In this document: one piece after another, positions 16,442 to 25,620 of the stretch
Layout of the letters: each line of letters opens with the position of its first letter
How positions within the stretch are numbered: position 1 is the stretch's first letter
DNA from: a virus
Lineage: Duplodnaviria; Caudoviricetes
Length of the DNA stretch: 29,281 bases
Direction: 5' to 3' (one strand)
IMG/VR virus record: IMGVR_UViG_3300037784_000007
Coordinates: 1-29,281 of that record
Program-made: the position numbers and the translations under genes
Notes under the pieces: model-generated
The model's database searches: none
What the model was told of the DNA's origin: nothing
The model's input: only the letters and a program-made list of their open reading frames with translations

Positions 16442-16887
16442 GCGTCATCCGCAGACAAGTCATCAATATCCTTAGGAGGCATCCACGTGATCCTCGCCTT
16501 TACCCACTCCGCTCGCTTAGACGCCTGCCTGATCTCATCTGCCATGCAAGGATCAAGCTCTGCCAACTCATCCTCATCCCACTTTGGCATATTTAAGGCA
16601 GAGCGATACTTCTTCTTGTAGTGAGCCCTGACCTTACCCCTGCGCTCAGACACTGAAAGAATAGGGCTATCATTCAACACAGAATTACACTCACCACAGG
16701 ATGGCAGTTTGAGGAAGTCAAGCTTTTCCTTAGCCCTGTCGTTTAGCATATTGGTCAAACTAAGCGGCGGAACGTGATCCAAAGACTCCGCTGGAATGCC
16801 ACAATAGACGCAGAACCCATAACGATCCCCCACAGTGGTATACAGGTGGTCATAAAGAGCCTCCAGTGTGTCCCTCCATTTACTCAT
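16438..16887 (-). CDS. HNH endonuclease between terS and terL
   Basis: CVYCG...LDHVPPLS...SCGECNSVLND. Confidence 0.85.
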   Translation of the reverse strand: MSKWRDTLEALYDHLYTTVGDRYGFCVYCGIPAESLDHVPPLSLTNMLNDRAKEKLDFLKLPSCGECNSVLNDSPILSVSERRGKVRAHYKKKYRSALNMPKWDEDELAELDPCMADEIRQASKRAEWVKARITWMPPKDIDDLSADDA

Positions 16888-16949
16888 GCGCTAAATTCCT
16901 CGAATTATTCCGTTCCGCCCTTGTGCGGGGCTCTCCGTGGCTCTCAGGG

Positions 16950-17318
16950 CTATTCTGAGCCGTTATCTTCGGTGCAGGTCTGCGCTGCGTAGAAATCACC
17001 AAGCCCCTTCGGCGTCATACTGCCGTCAGAGGACGTGTTGTCGATGTGCTGTTGTGGCTTGCCATCATAGCGCTCAATAGCAGTATGGATCAGGCGCAGA
17101 ACATCCGACCGCACATGGTTGAGCGCGTCGGCCTCGTTCTCGGTTAGATCCTGCTCAATAGCGGCAAGCAGTTTCTCCTCAATCGCAAACGCCTTGTCTC
17201 GATTAGCCTTGCGCTTTTCGATTTGTTCAGCCGTAAGACCTCCTGCATTACCACTAGTTCCCGGCTTGAACTGGTGATCGCGTGGAGGTTTGCCATATCC
17301 TACTTCGTAATCAGCCAT
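16950..17318 (-). CDS. terS: Terminase small subunit (DUF5681-type N-terminus)
   Basis: YEVGYGKPP..HQFKPG.SGN; C-terminal TSSDGSMTPKGLGDFY; upstream of terL; start 17318 or 17327. Confidence 0.8.
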   Translation of the reverse strand: MADYEVGYGKPPRDHQFKPGTSGNAGGLTAEQIEKRKANRDKAFAIEEKLLAAIEQDLTENEADALNHVRSDVLRLIHTAIERYDGKPQQHIDNTSSDGSMTPKGLGDFYAAQTCTEDNGSE

Positions 17319-17354
17319 TCCCTGCACTCAGCGTAATTAAACCATCCATAAATA

Positions 17355-17408
17355 TACATAGCCTGCCATTGCCCCAAACGCAAATAACCCCGCCGGTTAG
17401 GGCGGGGT
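17355..17408 (-). promoter_or_regulatory. Terminator of the accessory operon followed by the terS promoter
   Basis: ACCCCGCC/GGCGGGGT hairpin 17387-17408 + TATTT; TTGCGT 17383-17378, 17 nt, TATGTA 17360-17355. Confidence 0.6.
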
Positions 17409-17422
17409 GTGGTCAGTGTGGG

Positions 17423-17686
17423 TTACGCATCCACTGGCTCAGGCACGTCCTGCACCAGTTGCTCTAGCATCTCAGCGCCCTTGGGCTTGCGGACGCGGTA
17501 GCGGATGACTCGAAGATATTTCGGGTAATTGGTCCAATCCCAAGAAAACCCGTCGGCCGCCAGATCTTCCCCAGTCCATCCGTCACAATGCTCAACGTTG
17601 ACCCACCACCCCACACACGGACAGCCCTTGCCGTCGTGCTGCTGCCAATCGGTCCAGCCATCTTCGTTGAATACCCAGCGTGTCAT
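17423..17686 (-). CDS. Hypothetical phage protein (W..HDGKGCP...IRYRVRKP family)
   Basis: GGAGG SD, ATGA overlap; start revised to 17686. Confidence 0.75.
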   Translation of the reverse strand: MTRWVFNEDGWTDWQQHDGKGCPCVGWWVNVEHCDGWTGEDLAADGFSWDWTNYPKYLRVIRYRVRKPKGAEMLEQLVQDVPEPVDA

Positions 17687-18066
17687 GTGTTGGTTTCCTC
17701 CTGTGCAATCAGCGCCTTTAGGATCGCCAGCAACCAAGCGCGGGCGGCACTATATTCAGACGTTGCCTCGTGTCGCTTAAATGTTGATAGCGGAATCTGG
17801 CAAGTCCAAGCGCCATCCCACTCGGCTAGGTTCCAATAGCGATTTGGCAGAACAGCTTCGTGAAGGTCTTGTGCGGCGTCTAGTGAGCCCTTGTATGCTT
17901 CCCATGACAGGCGGGGCAATCCGACCGGCTCATACATTCCGAACGCCCTCTCCGCCACATCCATAAACGCATTGAACATCGGATATTTGGCACCACCCGG
18001 CACGGCATCAAATTCCCCCGCCTCAACCTTGAGCGCCATTTCCTTCAGTGCTTGTAGTCGTGTCAT
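17683..18066 (-). CDS. Hypothetical phage protein
   Basis: 127 aa; 'GSLDAAQDLHEAVLP...ARAWLLAILKALIAQ'. Confidence 0.8.
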   Translation of the reverse strand: MTRLQALKEMALKVEAGEFDAVPGGAKYPMFNAFMDVAERAFGMYEPVGLPRLSWEAYKGSLDAAQDLHEAVLPNRYWNLAEWDGAWTCQIPLSTFKRHEATSEYSAARAWLLAILKALIAQEETNT

Positions 18067-18452
18067 CCATCCATCTCCTCATACAGTCCCAGCTGCTCCC
18101 ATCCATAGTCGCTCACCATGAGCCAGCCCTCGTTATCACGCACTGTAGCCGATAGCAAGCCCTGTGACACCCCTTCACGCACGCAAGCCATCATGTTGGC
18201 AACGGACACGTACCCAAGCTGTGTGGCGAGCTTACGGGCTATGGGGCCACGGTCACGATAAGGAATGCCACCTTCATCCGCGATATGTGCTGTGAGCGTC
18301 ATCAGGTTTGTGTCGTATCGAAAGCCCTCGGTCAGGATGGGCCGGTTCATGGAATCTATGTGCTTTTCGGATCGGCTGAGTGCGAGGAGCGCTTGGTGTA
18401 GCGCGTCCTCTAGTGCTGGCGTTGGGTTCGGGCGGTTGTAGATTGGGATCAT
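18063..18452 (-). CDS. Hypothetical protein, possible winged-helix
   Basis: 129 aa, coupled at both ends. Confidence 0.65.
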   Translation of the reverse strand: MIPIYNRPNPTPALEDALHQALLALSRSEKHIDSMNRPILTEGFRYDTNLMTLTAHIADEGGIPYRDRGPIARKLATQLGYVSVANMMACVREGVSQGLLSATVRDNEGWLMVSDYGWEQLGLYEEMDG

Positions 18453-18583
18453 TGGCGTTCATCCGTAAAGTGAGAGACCGCGCACCCGACAACACCGATC
18501 AAAAGTAGCAGCAACCATCGTTTATCGTCTGTGTAGCATAGAGCGAATGATGCACCCGTCATAAAAGAGAACATGTAACCCAT
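18449..18583 (-). CDS. Small membrane protein, 44 aa (MGYMFSFMTG...DERQ)
   Basis: GGAGG SD, fills the gap, ATGA overlap. Confidence 0.6.
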   Translation of the reverse strand: MGYMFSFMTGASFALCYTDDKRWLLLLLIGVVGCAVSHFTDERQ

Positions 18584-18584
18584 A

Positions 18585-19109
18585 TCACACCTCCTCCATC
18601 TTGATGCTGTCTAGGTCGGGTTCGCCGTCTGTGGTGGTGAAGGTGATGCGGTGGGTGCGCCCGCATGAAGAATTATCTGCGGTCCAACCCCAATTGCAAT
18701 CACTGCTTGGTTTTCCGGTGTACAACGTCACCGTCTCGCGCTGTGGCTGAGGCTTGATGCGGATTTTCTGATGAAGCTCACAAAGTGGAGTTTTCCCATC
18801 CCATTCGAGCCACGCGCTTTGACCGGGCCATTCAGCAAGCAACTGCACACACTTTCCAGACATTGCATAGAAAGAAATTTCCTTGCGCTCCGCGTCGGTC
18901 ATCTCGCCCCATGTCTTGGGGGTGTCGGTCCACTCGGCAATCAGCTCATCGTCATATGTCGTAAAACCTTCGCGGCAAGTCCCATCGTTATTCCACTCTG
19001 GGTCTACTCCTGAACCACTCCCAACCACCCATTTAAAACACCGTCCATCCATAGGCCCAACCTTGCGCCCATCACGTGTCCGGTAGTATTTTCCAACTTC
19101 AATCTTCAT
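18585..19109 (-). CDS. Hypothetical modular phage protein (MKIEVGK family)
   Basis: 174 aa; AGGAGG SD. Confidence 0.8.
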   Translation of the reverse strand: MKIEVGKYYRTRDGRKVGPMDGRCFKWVVGSGSGVDPEWNNDGTCREGFTTYDDELIAEWTDTPKTWGEMTDAERKEISFYAMSGKCVQLLAEWPGQSAWLEWDGKTPLCELHQKIRIKPQPQRETVTLYTGKPSSDCNWGWTADNSSCGRTHRITFTTTDGEPDLDSIKMEEV

Positions 19110-19140
19110 GGCCTTAGCCCTCCTGTGTGTTTCTTGGTTG

Positions 19141-19170
19141 TTGGTAGCATGTGTTGCGAGCGGGTGTCAA
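19141..19170 (-). promoter_or_regulatory. Sigma70-like promoter
   Basis: TTGACA 19170-19165, 18 nt, (TGC)TACCAA 19146-19141. Confidence 0.6.
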
Positions 19171-19184
19171 GGGGGTGTGGTTAG

Positions 19185-19472
19185 TAGTCAGAATAAAAAA
19201 ATCTTACTAAGCACCAAACCCAATGAAATAAGGTATAAGATACCTCTAAATATCTAAATATCTGTTTATAACTCTCTGTAGTAATCCCTTTATCTCTTAT
19301 TGCAAAATACCCCCTTTAGGTATGGTGATATATGGGTATGTAGGTGGTATTTTTTAAAAGGGTTTATTAAAGACTATTCAGCTAGCGTCGTAAACAGCAA
19401 AAAAGCCCATGAAAATCATGGGCTTAAGTGAATATTCAGCTTGTTATTCAGCGGATCTTTTTACTATTCAGC
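19185..19472. other. Putative replication origin
   Basis: ~290-nt AT-rich non-coding tract downstream of the primase-helicase; four TATTCAGC repeats. Confidence 0.55.
19399..19425 (-). terminator. Terminator-like inverted repeat after the primase gene
   Basis: AAGCCCATGA-TTT-TCATGGGCTT-TTTT on the minus strand. Confidence 0.6.
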
Positions 19473-21732
19473 CGCTGTAGAACCATCTTATGACGGTCGT
19501 TCCGTTGGATGGGTGCTTGGTTTCCTCTTTTCGAGCCTGCCCTCTTGACACCATCAGATCTAGTGCTTTTTGCACGTCTTCTGGCTTGTAGCTGCGCAAG
19601 CGGTTCTTGATGACGCCAAAGGTTTCGCCGTGGTCTTTACTGATGAGCTTGGAGATCTTGGCAAACAGAACCATGTCGCCGCCATACGTCTGATCGTTGG
19701 ACACCACGAGGCGTAGCTTTTCATCAATGTCGTGTTTGACTAGAGCGTAGGCCCAACGGACGTGTTCCAGTGTCCGAACCCCGCTTGGTGCAGCAAGGAT
19801 GAGGGACACCTTGGCAACCATCTCATAGCCCCGCCGTGGAATAGGTGTTAGCCCTGTGGCTTCCTTCTGGCGCTCGGCAAACTCCCAAAACTCATGGTAC
19901 ACCATTTGAAGGGCTTCTGCCGCTGCTGGCTCTGTTCTGATCTGCACACGGTCGTTGTAGTACTCGATGCGGTCTTGTGTAACGTCGAACTCTCCACCAA
20001 TTACCAGCGATGACAACCGCCCCTCCATGCTTTCCGACATAGGACGCTTTTTAAACGGGTACTTGGCTTTTGGGTTGGGGTCCACTTCACGAACAATTAG
20101 GGCGCGTCCAATAAAGCCGCTGGTGGCTTGGTCTGGTGTTACCAGCAGATCAAACGTGCTTGGAGTGGTCATACCCATGACAGACACAAACGGCCTGTCA
20201 ATGCCGTTGTCGATGGCTTCTAGGGCCTTTTCTGCGCGCTTCAGTGTGGCAGAGTGTTTGCCGTGCTTGTCGTCGTTCTCCTCAATCGCTTTGCGCGCTT
20301 GGCTTACTTGCCGCACCAGCTCTTTCTTGACCTCCTCCTTGGTGTCACCACCGATGGGCAGGAAGTCGTCGGCCTTGGAATAGGTGTTCATGAGAATGCC
20401 GATCAGCCCTTCAAGGTAGCTTGCGCTCCCCTTTTTTGATGCGTTAACGACCTTCTGCAAGTGAATGCCGAACTCATCAATGTTATAATATGCGGGCTGG
20501 TGGCGCAGCAGGTTGCGCACAACCTCTTGCTCCGATTTCTGCATACCGTGCAGGGCTGGTGTTAGACCTGCGGCGCGCATGATCTTGTTGAATGCCTTGT
20601 AGACGCTATCCTTGCCACTGCCGCTGTCTGCAACACCAAAGCCAAAGAGGTTGGCTGTGGCCCCGTCGATGTCGTCGGTGTAGCGCAAGCCCACAATGTT
20701 TCCCATAACCACAAGGGAGGCTACAACGGCTAGGTGTTCCCGTGGATAGCGACATTGGTCATTGATCCACTCGCAGACCTCCCCCACAAACCCCGGCGGA
20801 CGCAGAAGGTCGATATGTTCGGTTGACAGCAATGGCGCGGGGGCGTCTTCTACGTGGTCGGCCTCAAAGGTTACAGGGCGCTTCCATCCGCCTTCCTCAG
20901 CGTAGTGAATGAGCGTCCCAATGGTGACAGGCATGGATGCCTTACCGAAGCTGTGCCAGCGGCGCTCTAGGGCCTCTACGGTAGGGTATTTAGCGCCCTG
21001 TGCGGACCACTGGTCCCACAAGTGAAAGGCTGCACCGCCGGTTGCATCATGAACTGCCATGCCGACGCGCACCCATTCATCGTGGCTAACGTCTGGGTTG
21101 ATGTAAGACAGCATGTCTGCAATGTCGGCCTCGGTGACGTCCATGCTGGTGCCGTTGTACTCTGCACGGTGATAGTCAGGCTTTCGCAGCAGATCTACAA
21201 GAGCGGCTGGGGCTTCGTCAATTTCGTCTGGCGATCCGGACAGAATGCGATACTCATTGCCGCTTGCGTGCATGGACCCCGGCCCTACGACGAAGCCAGA
21301 AGACTTTGCGTCGATGCCATCAAAGCCTTTCAGGTGCTGCACCATAGCTACGCTAGGGGAGGGTGCACGGAAATAATAGTGCTTGCCACCATCCCTGCGG
21401 CCCGTCTCTACGATCATGCCCGCACCTGCGATTTCCGGGACTTGCTCCAGCAAAGCTTCCAGAGACTTCAAGCCGCCGTTGCGCGGGTCAACATCAATGA
21501 CGATTAGGTCACGGCAGACAATGCCATATCCTGTGTCGAATTGGCCGGTTTCAAAGAGGACTTCCATCTGCTCATCGGACCAGCTGTCCGGTGTGTGCTG
21601 CCATCCTGTATGTCGGGGGCGTTTAAATGCCTCCTTTTCGTCAAGCTTTTCGCCGTCTAGATCGTGCGACCCTAGCAGCGGGAAAACCCGCAGCCCAGCA
21701 TCGTTCATTTGGTGAATAATATCTTCCAGCAT
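19468..21732 (-). CDS. Primase-polymerase / PriCT-2 / helicase fusion
   Basis: LIVIDVDPRNGG, GGKHYYF, GFVVGPGSMHASG (Prim-Pol); W.RVGMAVH..WDQWS..RWHSF (PriCT-2); ADSGSGKD and IDEFG (DUF3987-like). Confidence 0.9.
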   Translation of the reverse strand: MLEDIIHQMNDAGLRVFPLLGSHDLDGEKLDEKEAFKRPRHTGWQHTPDSWSDEQMEVLFETGQFDTGYGIVCRDLIVIDVDPRNGGLKSLEALLEQVPEIAGAGMIVETGRRDGGKHYYFRAPSPSVAMVQHLKGFDGIDAKSSGFVVGPGSMHASGNEYRILSGSPDEIDEAPAALVDLLRKPDYHRAEYNGTSMDVTEADIADMLSYINPDVSHDEWVRVGMAVHDATGGAAFHLWDQWSAQGAKYPTVEALERRWHSFGKASMPVTIGTLIHYAEEGGWKRPVTFEADHVEDAPAPLLSTEHIDLLRPPGFVGEVCEWINDQCRYPREHLAVVASLVVMGNIVGLRYTDDIDGATANLFGFGVADSGSGKDSVYKAFNKIMRAAGLTPALHGMQKSEQEVVRNLLRHQPAYYNIDEFGIHLQKVVNASKKGSASYLEGLIGILMNTYSKADDFLPIGGDTKEEVKKELVRQVSQARKAIEENDDKHGKHSATLKRAEKALEAIDNGIDRPFVSVMGMTTPSTFDLLVTPDQATSGFIGRALIVREVDPNPKAKYPFKKRPMSESMEGRLSSLVIGGEFDVTQDRIEYYNDRVQIRTEPAAAEALQMVYHEFWEFAERQKEATGLTPIPRRGYEMVAKVSLILAAPSGVRTLEHVRWAYALVKHDIDEKLRLVVSNDQTYGGDMVLFAKISKLISKDHGETFGVIKNRLRSYKPEDVQKALDLMVSRGQARKEETKHPSNGTTVIRWFYSG

Positions 21733-21760
21733 GTAACCTCCTGCTAACTTGCTAATCAGC

Positions 21761-21827
21761 TATTTAGACCACGAGGGAAAAAGTGTCAATGGGGGTGTTG
21801 ACAAGTGATAGATGATTGTTTTATACG
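21761..21827. promoter_or_regulatory. Back-to-back promoters of the replication arms
   Basis: -: TTGACA 21789-21784, 17 nt, TAAATA 21766-21761. +: TTGACA 21798-21803, 18 nt, TATACG 21822-21827. Confidence 0.75.
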
Positions 21828-21856
21828 GTTCATGTAACGTCTAAGGAGGACATCGA

Positions 21857-22630
21857 ATGAGTGTACTAGCGGGCGCAAAGCCCCAAGAGAGCAATGAGCC
21901 TCTCATGATTACATTGGCCGGAGATGCGGGGTGCGGTAAGTCTACTGCGGCATCTACGTTTCCTGCGCCGTACATTATCCGGACTAAGGGTGAGGCTATG
22001 CCACGTGACGCGGCAAATAAGCCTGCGGGTCTAGATCCAATTGGCGGCAGGATGAAGCAAGTTAATGGGAAGAACGTGTGGGATGAGAACGAGCTTTTTG
22101 AGCAGCTTGCAGCCCTACTAAAGGACGAGCACGAGTTTAAGACTTTGATTGTTGACAGTGTAACGGGCCTTGAGGACTTGTTTGTTCAGTCAGTGGTTGA
22201 TAATGACCCTAAAAACCCTAAATCTGTGGTGCAGGCAGCGGGGGGGTACGGAGCTGGCAGGGCTGCAGTAAAGTCCAAGCATATGCGGGTTAAGAAATAC
22301 GCAGAGGCTCTACGAGAGAAGAAAGGGATGCATGTTATCTTTCTGGCCCATGTTGAAATTGATCGACTTGATCCGCCTGATGGCGAGCCGTTTACGCGTT
22401 ACAATCTTCAGCTTCACAAGGAGAGTGCGCCAGTATACATCAATAACGTTGACGTAGTGGGTTATATTGGTCAAGAGCGCTTTGTGTCGGATGATGGAAA
22501 GGCGCGCTCTAGTGACGATAGGGAGCTTATCCTTGGAATGACACCTGCCAACATCTCTAAAAACAGACTTGGCATTAGCGGCAGCATTCCACTGAAGCAC
22601 AACGTAAACCCATTTGCAGATTATATCTAA
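21857..22630 (+). CDS. Sak4-like AAA ATPase / ssDNA-annealing protein
   Basis: GDAGCGKST, TLIVDSVT, GGYGAG, VIFLAH, SKNR; next to SSB and exonuclease. Confidence 0.85.
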   Translation: MSVLAGAKPQESNEPLMITLAGDAGCGKSTAASTFPAPYIIRTKGEAMPRDAANKPAGLDPIGGRMKQVNGKNVWDENELFEQLAALLKDEHEFKTLIVDSVTGLEDLFVQSVVDNDPKNPKSVVQAAGGYGAGRAAVKSKHMRVKKYAEALREKKGMHVIFLAHVEIDRLDPPDGEPFTRYNLQLHKESAPVYINNVDVVGYIGQERFVSDDGKARSSDDRELILGMTPANISKNRLGISGSIPLKHNVNPFADYI

Positions 22631-22643
22631 GGAGACCTAACAG

Positions 22644-23228
22644 ATGTCATTTTGGGAACTTTCCGACGGCGGTCAGGCTAAATCTGAAACCACATATGAG
22701 GCACCGACAGGAGGCGGTGAGCCTATCCCTGACAACACCAATGTCGTTGCGTTTGCGGAGAAAGCAGAGTGGGCGAATTTCTACCAATCCGAGGATCAAC
22801 ACGTCAATGTGCAGTGGCGCGTAACAAAGCCGGAGGCGTATAAAAACCGTGTGATCTTCCAGAAGCTGGATGTGTACGGCAAAGACCCGCGCGCAAAAGA
22901 CCCACAGAAAAAGTCCGACAACGCAAAACGGATGTTGGCGGCTATTGACGCGAACGCTGGGGGGCAGCTTTCTACGCTGCAAGGTCCACCTAGCTCGGAG
23001 GATCTGACGCGCGCTCTGACCAACAAATTCATGACGCTGAAGGTCATGAAGTGGGAGATGGATGGAGATGACGGGCAGACGCGTTCTGGGAATTGGATCG
23101 CGGCTGTGTCGCCAAAATCCGAGGTTCAAGAGCCGGTAAAGTCTGAGGGTGGCTCTAGTGGCTATGGCGCAGGGGGTGCGCCTATGGATGACGGTGATAG
23201 CATTCCATTCGCTCCTAACTTTTTGTGA
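22644..23228 (+). CDS. ssb: Single-stranded DNA-binding protein (DUF669-like)
   Basis: Follows Sak4; Gly-rich, acidic tail DDGDSIPF. Confidence 0.8.
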   Translation: MSFWELSDGGQAKSETTYEAPTGGGEPIPDNTNVVAFAEKAEWANFYQSEDQHVNVQWRVTKPEAYKNRVIFQKLDVYGKDPRAKDPQKKSDNAKRMLAAIDANAGGQLSTLQGPPSSEDLTRALTNKFMTLKVMKWEMDGDDGQTRSGNWIAAVSPKSEVQEPVKSEGGSSGYGAGGAPMDDGDSIPFAPNFL

Positions 23229-23237
23229 TAACTGATT

Positions 23238-23259
23238 GAGGGGCTTATGCCCCTCTTTT
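23238..23259 (+). terminator. Intrinsic terminator
   Basis: GAGGGGC-TTAT-GCCCCTC-TTTT. Confidence 0.8.
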
Positions 23260-23297
23260 CATAAGCTATTCAATGAATTCTTAATATAAAGCCATAG

Positions 23298-23326
23298 TTG
23301 ACAATATGGTTTCTGCATTGTATTTT
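23298..23326 (+). promoter_or_regulatory. Promoter of the HNH/exonuclease genes
   Basis: TTGACA, 17 nt, TATTTT. Confidence 0.7.
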
Positions 23327-23359
23327 AGTGTAATTACTGATACAAGTGGGTGTGTTTAC

Positions 23360-23956
23360 ATGTCAGATATAACTGGTAAAAGATATGGAAAACTCATTGT
23401 AGTTTCGTTCGTCGGAAAGAACAATGAGGGAAGAAAAAAGTGGCTTTGCGAGTGCGACTGTGGGGGGGCTGGTGTTTACTACAAAAACAATCTATATAAC
23501 GGCAGGTCACATTGTGGTTGTGATGCCAATAGGAAGCCAAACCTCAAACACGGAATGAGGGGCCATCCACTTTACCCAACATGGTCATCTATGGTTAACA
23601 GGTGCGGCAATCCTAAGTCTAAAGATTATAAGGACTACGGCGCCCGTGGCATTTCCGTCTGCGATGAGTGGGTAAATGATCCTGTTAAATTTATATGCGA
23701 TATGGGGGAAAGGCCGGATGGGTTTAGCCTTGACAGGATAGATAATGATCGAGGGTACTCAAAGGATAATTGCAGGTGGGCAGATAAGCGCACGCAAATG
23801 AAGAACCGCAGGGTCACTGCAAAATTAGACAATGGAATGAGTATAAATGATGTAGCTAAAAAAACAGGATTAGATAGTAGGACGGTGTACATGAGGAAAT
23901 ATAGGGGTTGGACAGATAATGAAATCATATCAGGTGTTAGAGCAAAGAAGCGCTGA
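23360..23956 (+). CDS. HNH homing endonuclease
   Basis: DITGKRYGKL..WLCECDCG..YGARGISVCDEW..DMGERP..SLDRIDNDRGYSKDNCRWA; AT-rich; start revised. Confidence 0.9.
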   Translation: MSDITGKRYGKLIVVSFVGKNNEGRKKWLCECDCGGAGVYYKNNLYNGRSHCGCDANRKPNLKHGMRGHPLYPTWSSMVNRCGNPKSKDYKDYGARGISVCDEWVNDPVKFICDMGERPDGFSLDRIDNDRGYSKDNCRWADKRTQMKNRRVTAKLDNGMSINDVAKKTGLDSRTVYMRKYRGWTDNEIISGVRAKKR

Positions 23957-24794
23957 GTGGCATCGTGCTAGGGTTGGCCGCGTTACTGGCTCTAGGGTGG
24001 GTGCCATCCTTGGCCTTAACCCGTGGCAAACACGAGAGGACGTTATGCGCGCCATGGTGCGTGAGTACCACGGTGCATCTAGTGAGTTTGAAGGCAACGT
24101 GGCCACGGAGCACGGCAAAGCGCACGAGGAGGAGGCTACACTTGACTTCACCTTGGAGACCGGCCTTGATGTTGAGGAGACAGGTTTTCACACCTTTGAG
24201 GATTGGGCTGGTGCTAGTCCTGACGGGCTGATCCAGTCTGAAAATGCCGTCCTAGAGGTTAAGGTGCCATATGGGTTGCGGAATGGTGGTGAGTTTAAGA
24301 CCGCCGCTGAGCAACCGCATTATGCGGCACAGATGCAATGGGAGATGATGTGCACTGGTTGCAGTAAGGCGTATTTTTACCAGTGGTCACGCCATGGCCA
24401 TAAGCTTGAAATCATTGATCGTGACGATGATTTTTTGCGTGAAGCCTGCGGGTCTGCACGTCAATTCTACGCCGAATACTTGTCCGAACTAGACGACCCG
24501 GAACACCTCGAACCACTGCGCAAAGAAATCAACACCGACGCTGTTAAGCTTTTGCTGGACGAATACGATCAGTTGAAAGAAGCGCAGGATTTGGCAAAGG
24601 AACGCCAAAAGGAGGTCTTGGAAGAGTTGGTTGCGCTGACGGGGGAGGCCAATGCGTTGCTATGGGGGCGCAAGCTGACCAAGGTGGAAAAGCAGGGTAG
24701 TGTTTCCTACGCTAAGGCGGTTAAGGATTTGTGTCCTGATGCGGATCTAGAGCCATATCGTGGGCGCGGCAGTTCATATTGGAAGTTGAGTTGA
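23919..24794 (+). CDS. YqaJ / lambda-exonuclease family protein
   Basis: EQRSAEWH.AR.GRVTGS, GASPDGL, LEVKVP, HYAAQMQ. Confidence 0.92.
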   Translation: MKSYQVLEQRSAEWHRARVGRVTGSRVGAILGLNPWQTREDVMRAMVREYHGASSEFEGNVATEHGKAHEEEATLDFTLETGLDVEETGFHTFEDWAGASPDGLIQSENAVLEVKVPYGLRNGGEFKTAAEQPHYAAQMQWEMMCTGCSKAYFYQWSRHGHKLEIIDRDDDFLREACGSARQFYAEYLSELDDPEHLEPLRKEINTDAVKLLLDEYDQLKEAQDLAKERQKEVLEELVALTGEANALLWGRKLTKVEKQGSVSYAKAVKDLCPDADLEPYRGRGSSYWKLS

Positions 24795-24819
24795 TAATGC
24801 AGGTGTGAAGCCCTATATT
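24791..24819 (+). promoter_or_regulatory. Sigma70-like promoter
   Basis: TTGATA, 17 nt, TATATT. Confidence 0.7.
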
Positions 24820-24822
24820 ATG

Positions 24823-24904
24823 TGAGCGGGCTAGGTTAGCTCCCGAAAAGGCTGTGACGCTGACAGCCCTGCCCGTTCAATACATCAGCGCAACCTTAGC
24901 GGGG
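24823..24904 (+). ncRNA. C4-antisense-like structured leader RNA
   Basis: Outer stem TGAGCGGGC/GCCCGTTCA, core GCTAGGTTAGCTCCCGAAAAG, inner stem GGCTGT/ACAGCC; CGCTGA in the loop complements TCAGCG 24885-24890 and TTAGCG 24896-24901. Confidence 0.6.
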
Positions 24905-24909
24905 TTTTT

Positions 24910-25620
24910 ATGTCAGAAAAGAAATACTACGTTTACGTGCACCGTTACGCATCTGGACCTAAAAAAGGGCAGGTGTTTTACGTGGGCAAGGGTAGTGGTG
25001 GAAGATATATTGCTAAATGCAGTAGGTCTGATCACTGGAGACACATAGTTGATAAATATGGATTTACTGCAGAAAAAGTTAAGTTTTTTGAATTTGAAGC
25101 TTGCTCTTTTTCGTTTGAAAGAATTTTAATAAATTCCATAGGAATTGATAGACTGTGCAACCATTCCACTGGTGGAGGTGGCGGAGTAAGTGGGTACAAG
25201 TTTGATCCTGAAACTGTTAAGCTTAAGGCGGAAAAATGTATGAAGCCTGTTATAAATTCAAATGGAGATGTATTTAGCTCTCTCAAGGAAGCAGCTAAAT
25301 TTTGTAGGTTGATGGGTTATGATCGAGCTACTGAAAGTCATATATCAAGCTGCTGCAACGAGAGCAGACATGTGGCTTATGGGTATACGTGGTCATTTGA
25401 TGTATCTAAGACGCCTAAACTTATAGATGCGTCTAGGAAGGTTAATGAAGCAAGATTGAGACCTGTCATATCATCAAATGGAACTGAATTTAATAGTGTA
25501 AGTGACGCAGCTAAGTGGGTTAGGGATAACATTGGCGTGAAATGCGGAACGTCTGATATAAGCAGGTGTTGTAGCGGCAAGCGCAAATACTGCGGCGGAT
25601 TGTCTTGGAGGTATAAGTGA
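24910..25620 (+). CDS. GIY-YIG homing endonuclease with two NUMOD1-like repeats
   Basis: YYVYVH...FYVGKGSGGR; two PVI.SNG..F.S...AA....IS.CC......G..W units; AT-rich. Confidence 0.85.
   Translation: MSEKKYYVYVHRYASGPKKGQVFYVGKGSGGRYIAKCSRSDHWRHIVDKYGFTAEKVKFFEFEACSFSFERILINSIGIDRLCNHSTGGGGGVSGYKFDPETVKLKAEKCMKPVINSNGDVFSSLKEAAKFCRLMGYDRATESHISSCCNESRHVAYGYTWSFDVSKTPKLIDASRKVNEARLRPVISSNGTEFNSVSDAAKWVRDNIGVKCGTSDISRCCSGKRKYCGGLSWRYK

Noticed and set aside
24823-24880. tRNA gene
   Set aside because: No T-loop GTTCRA, D-loop or CCA; too short
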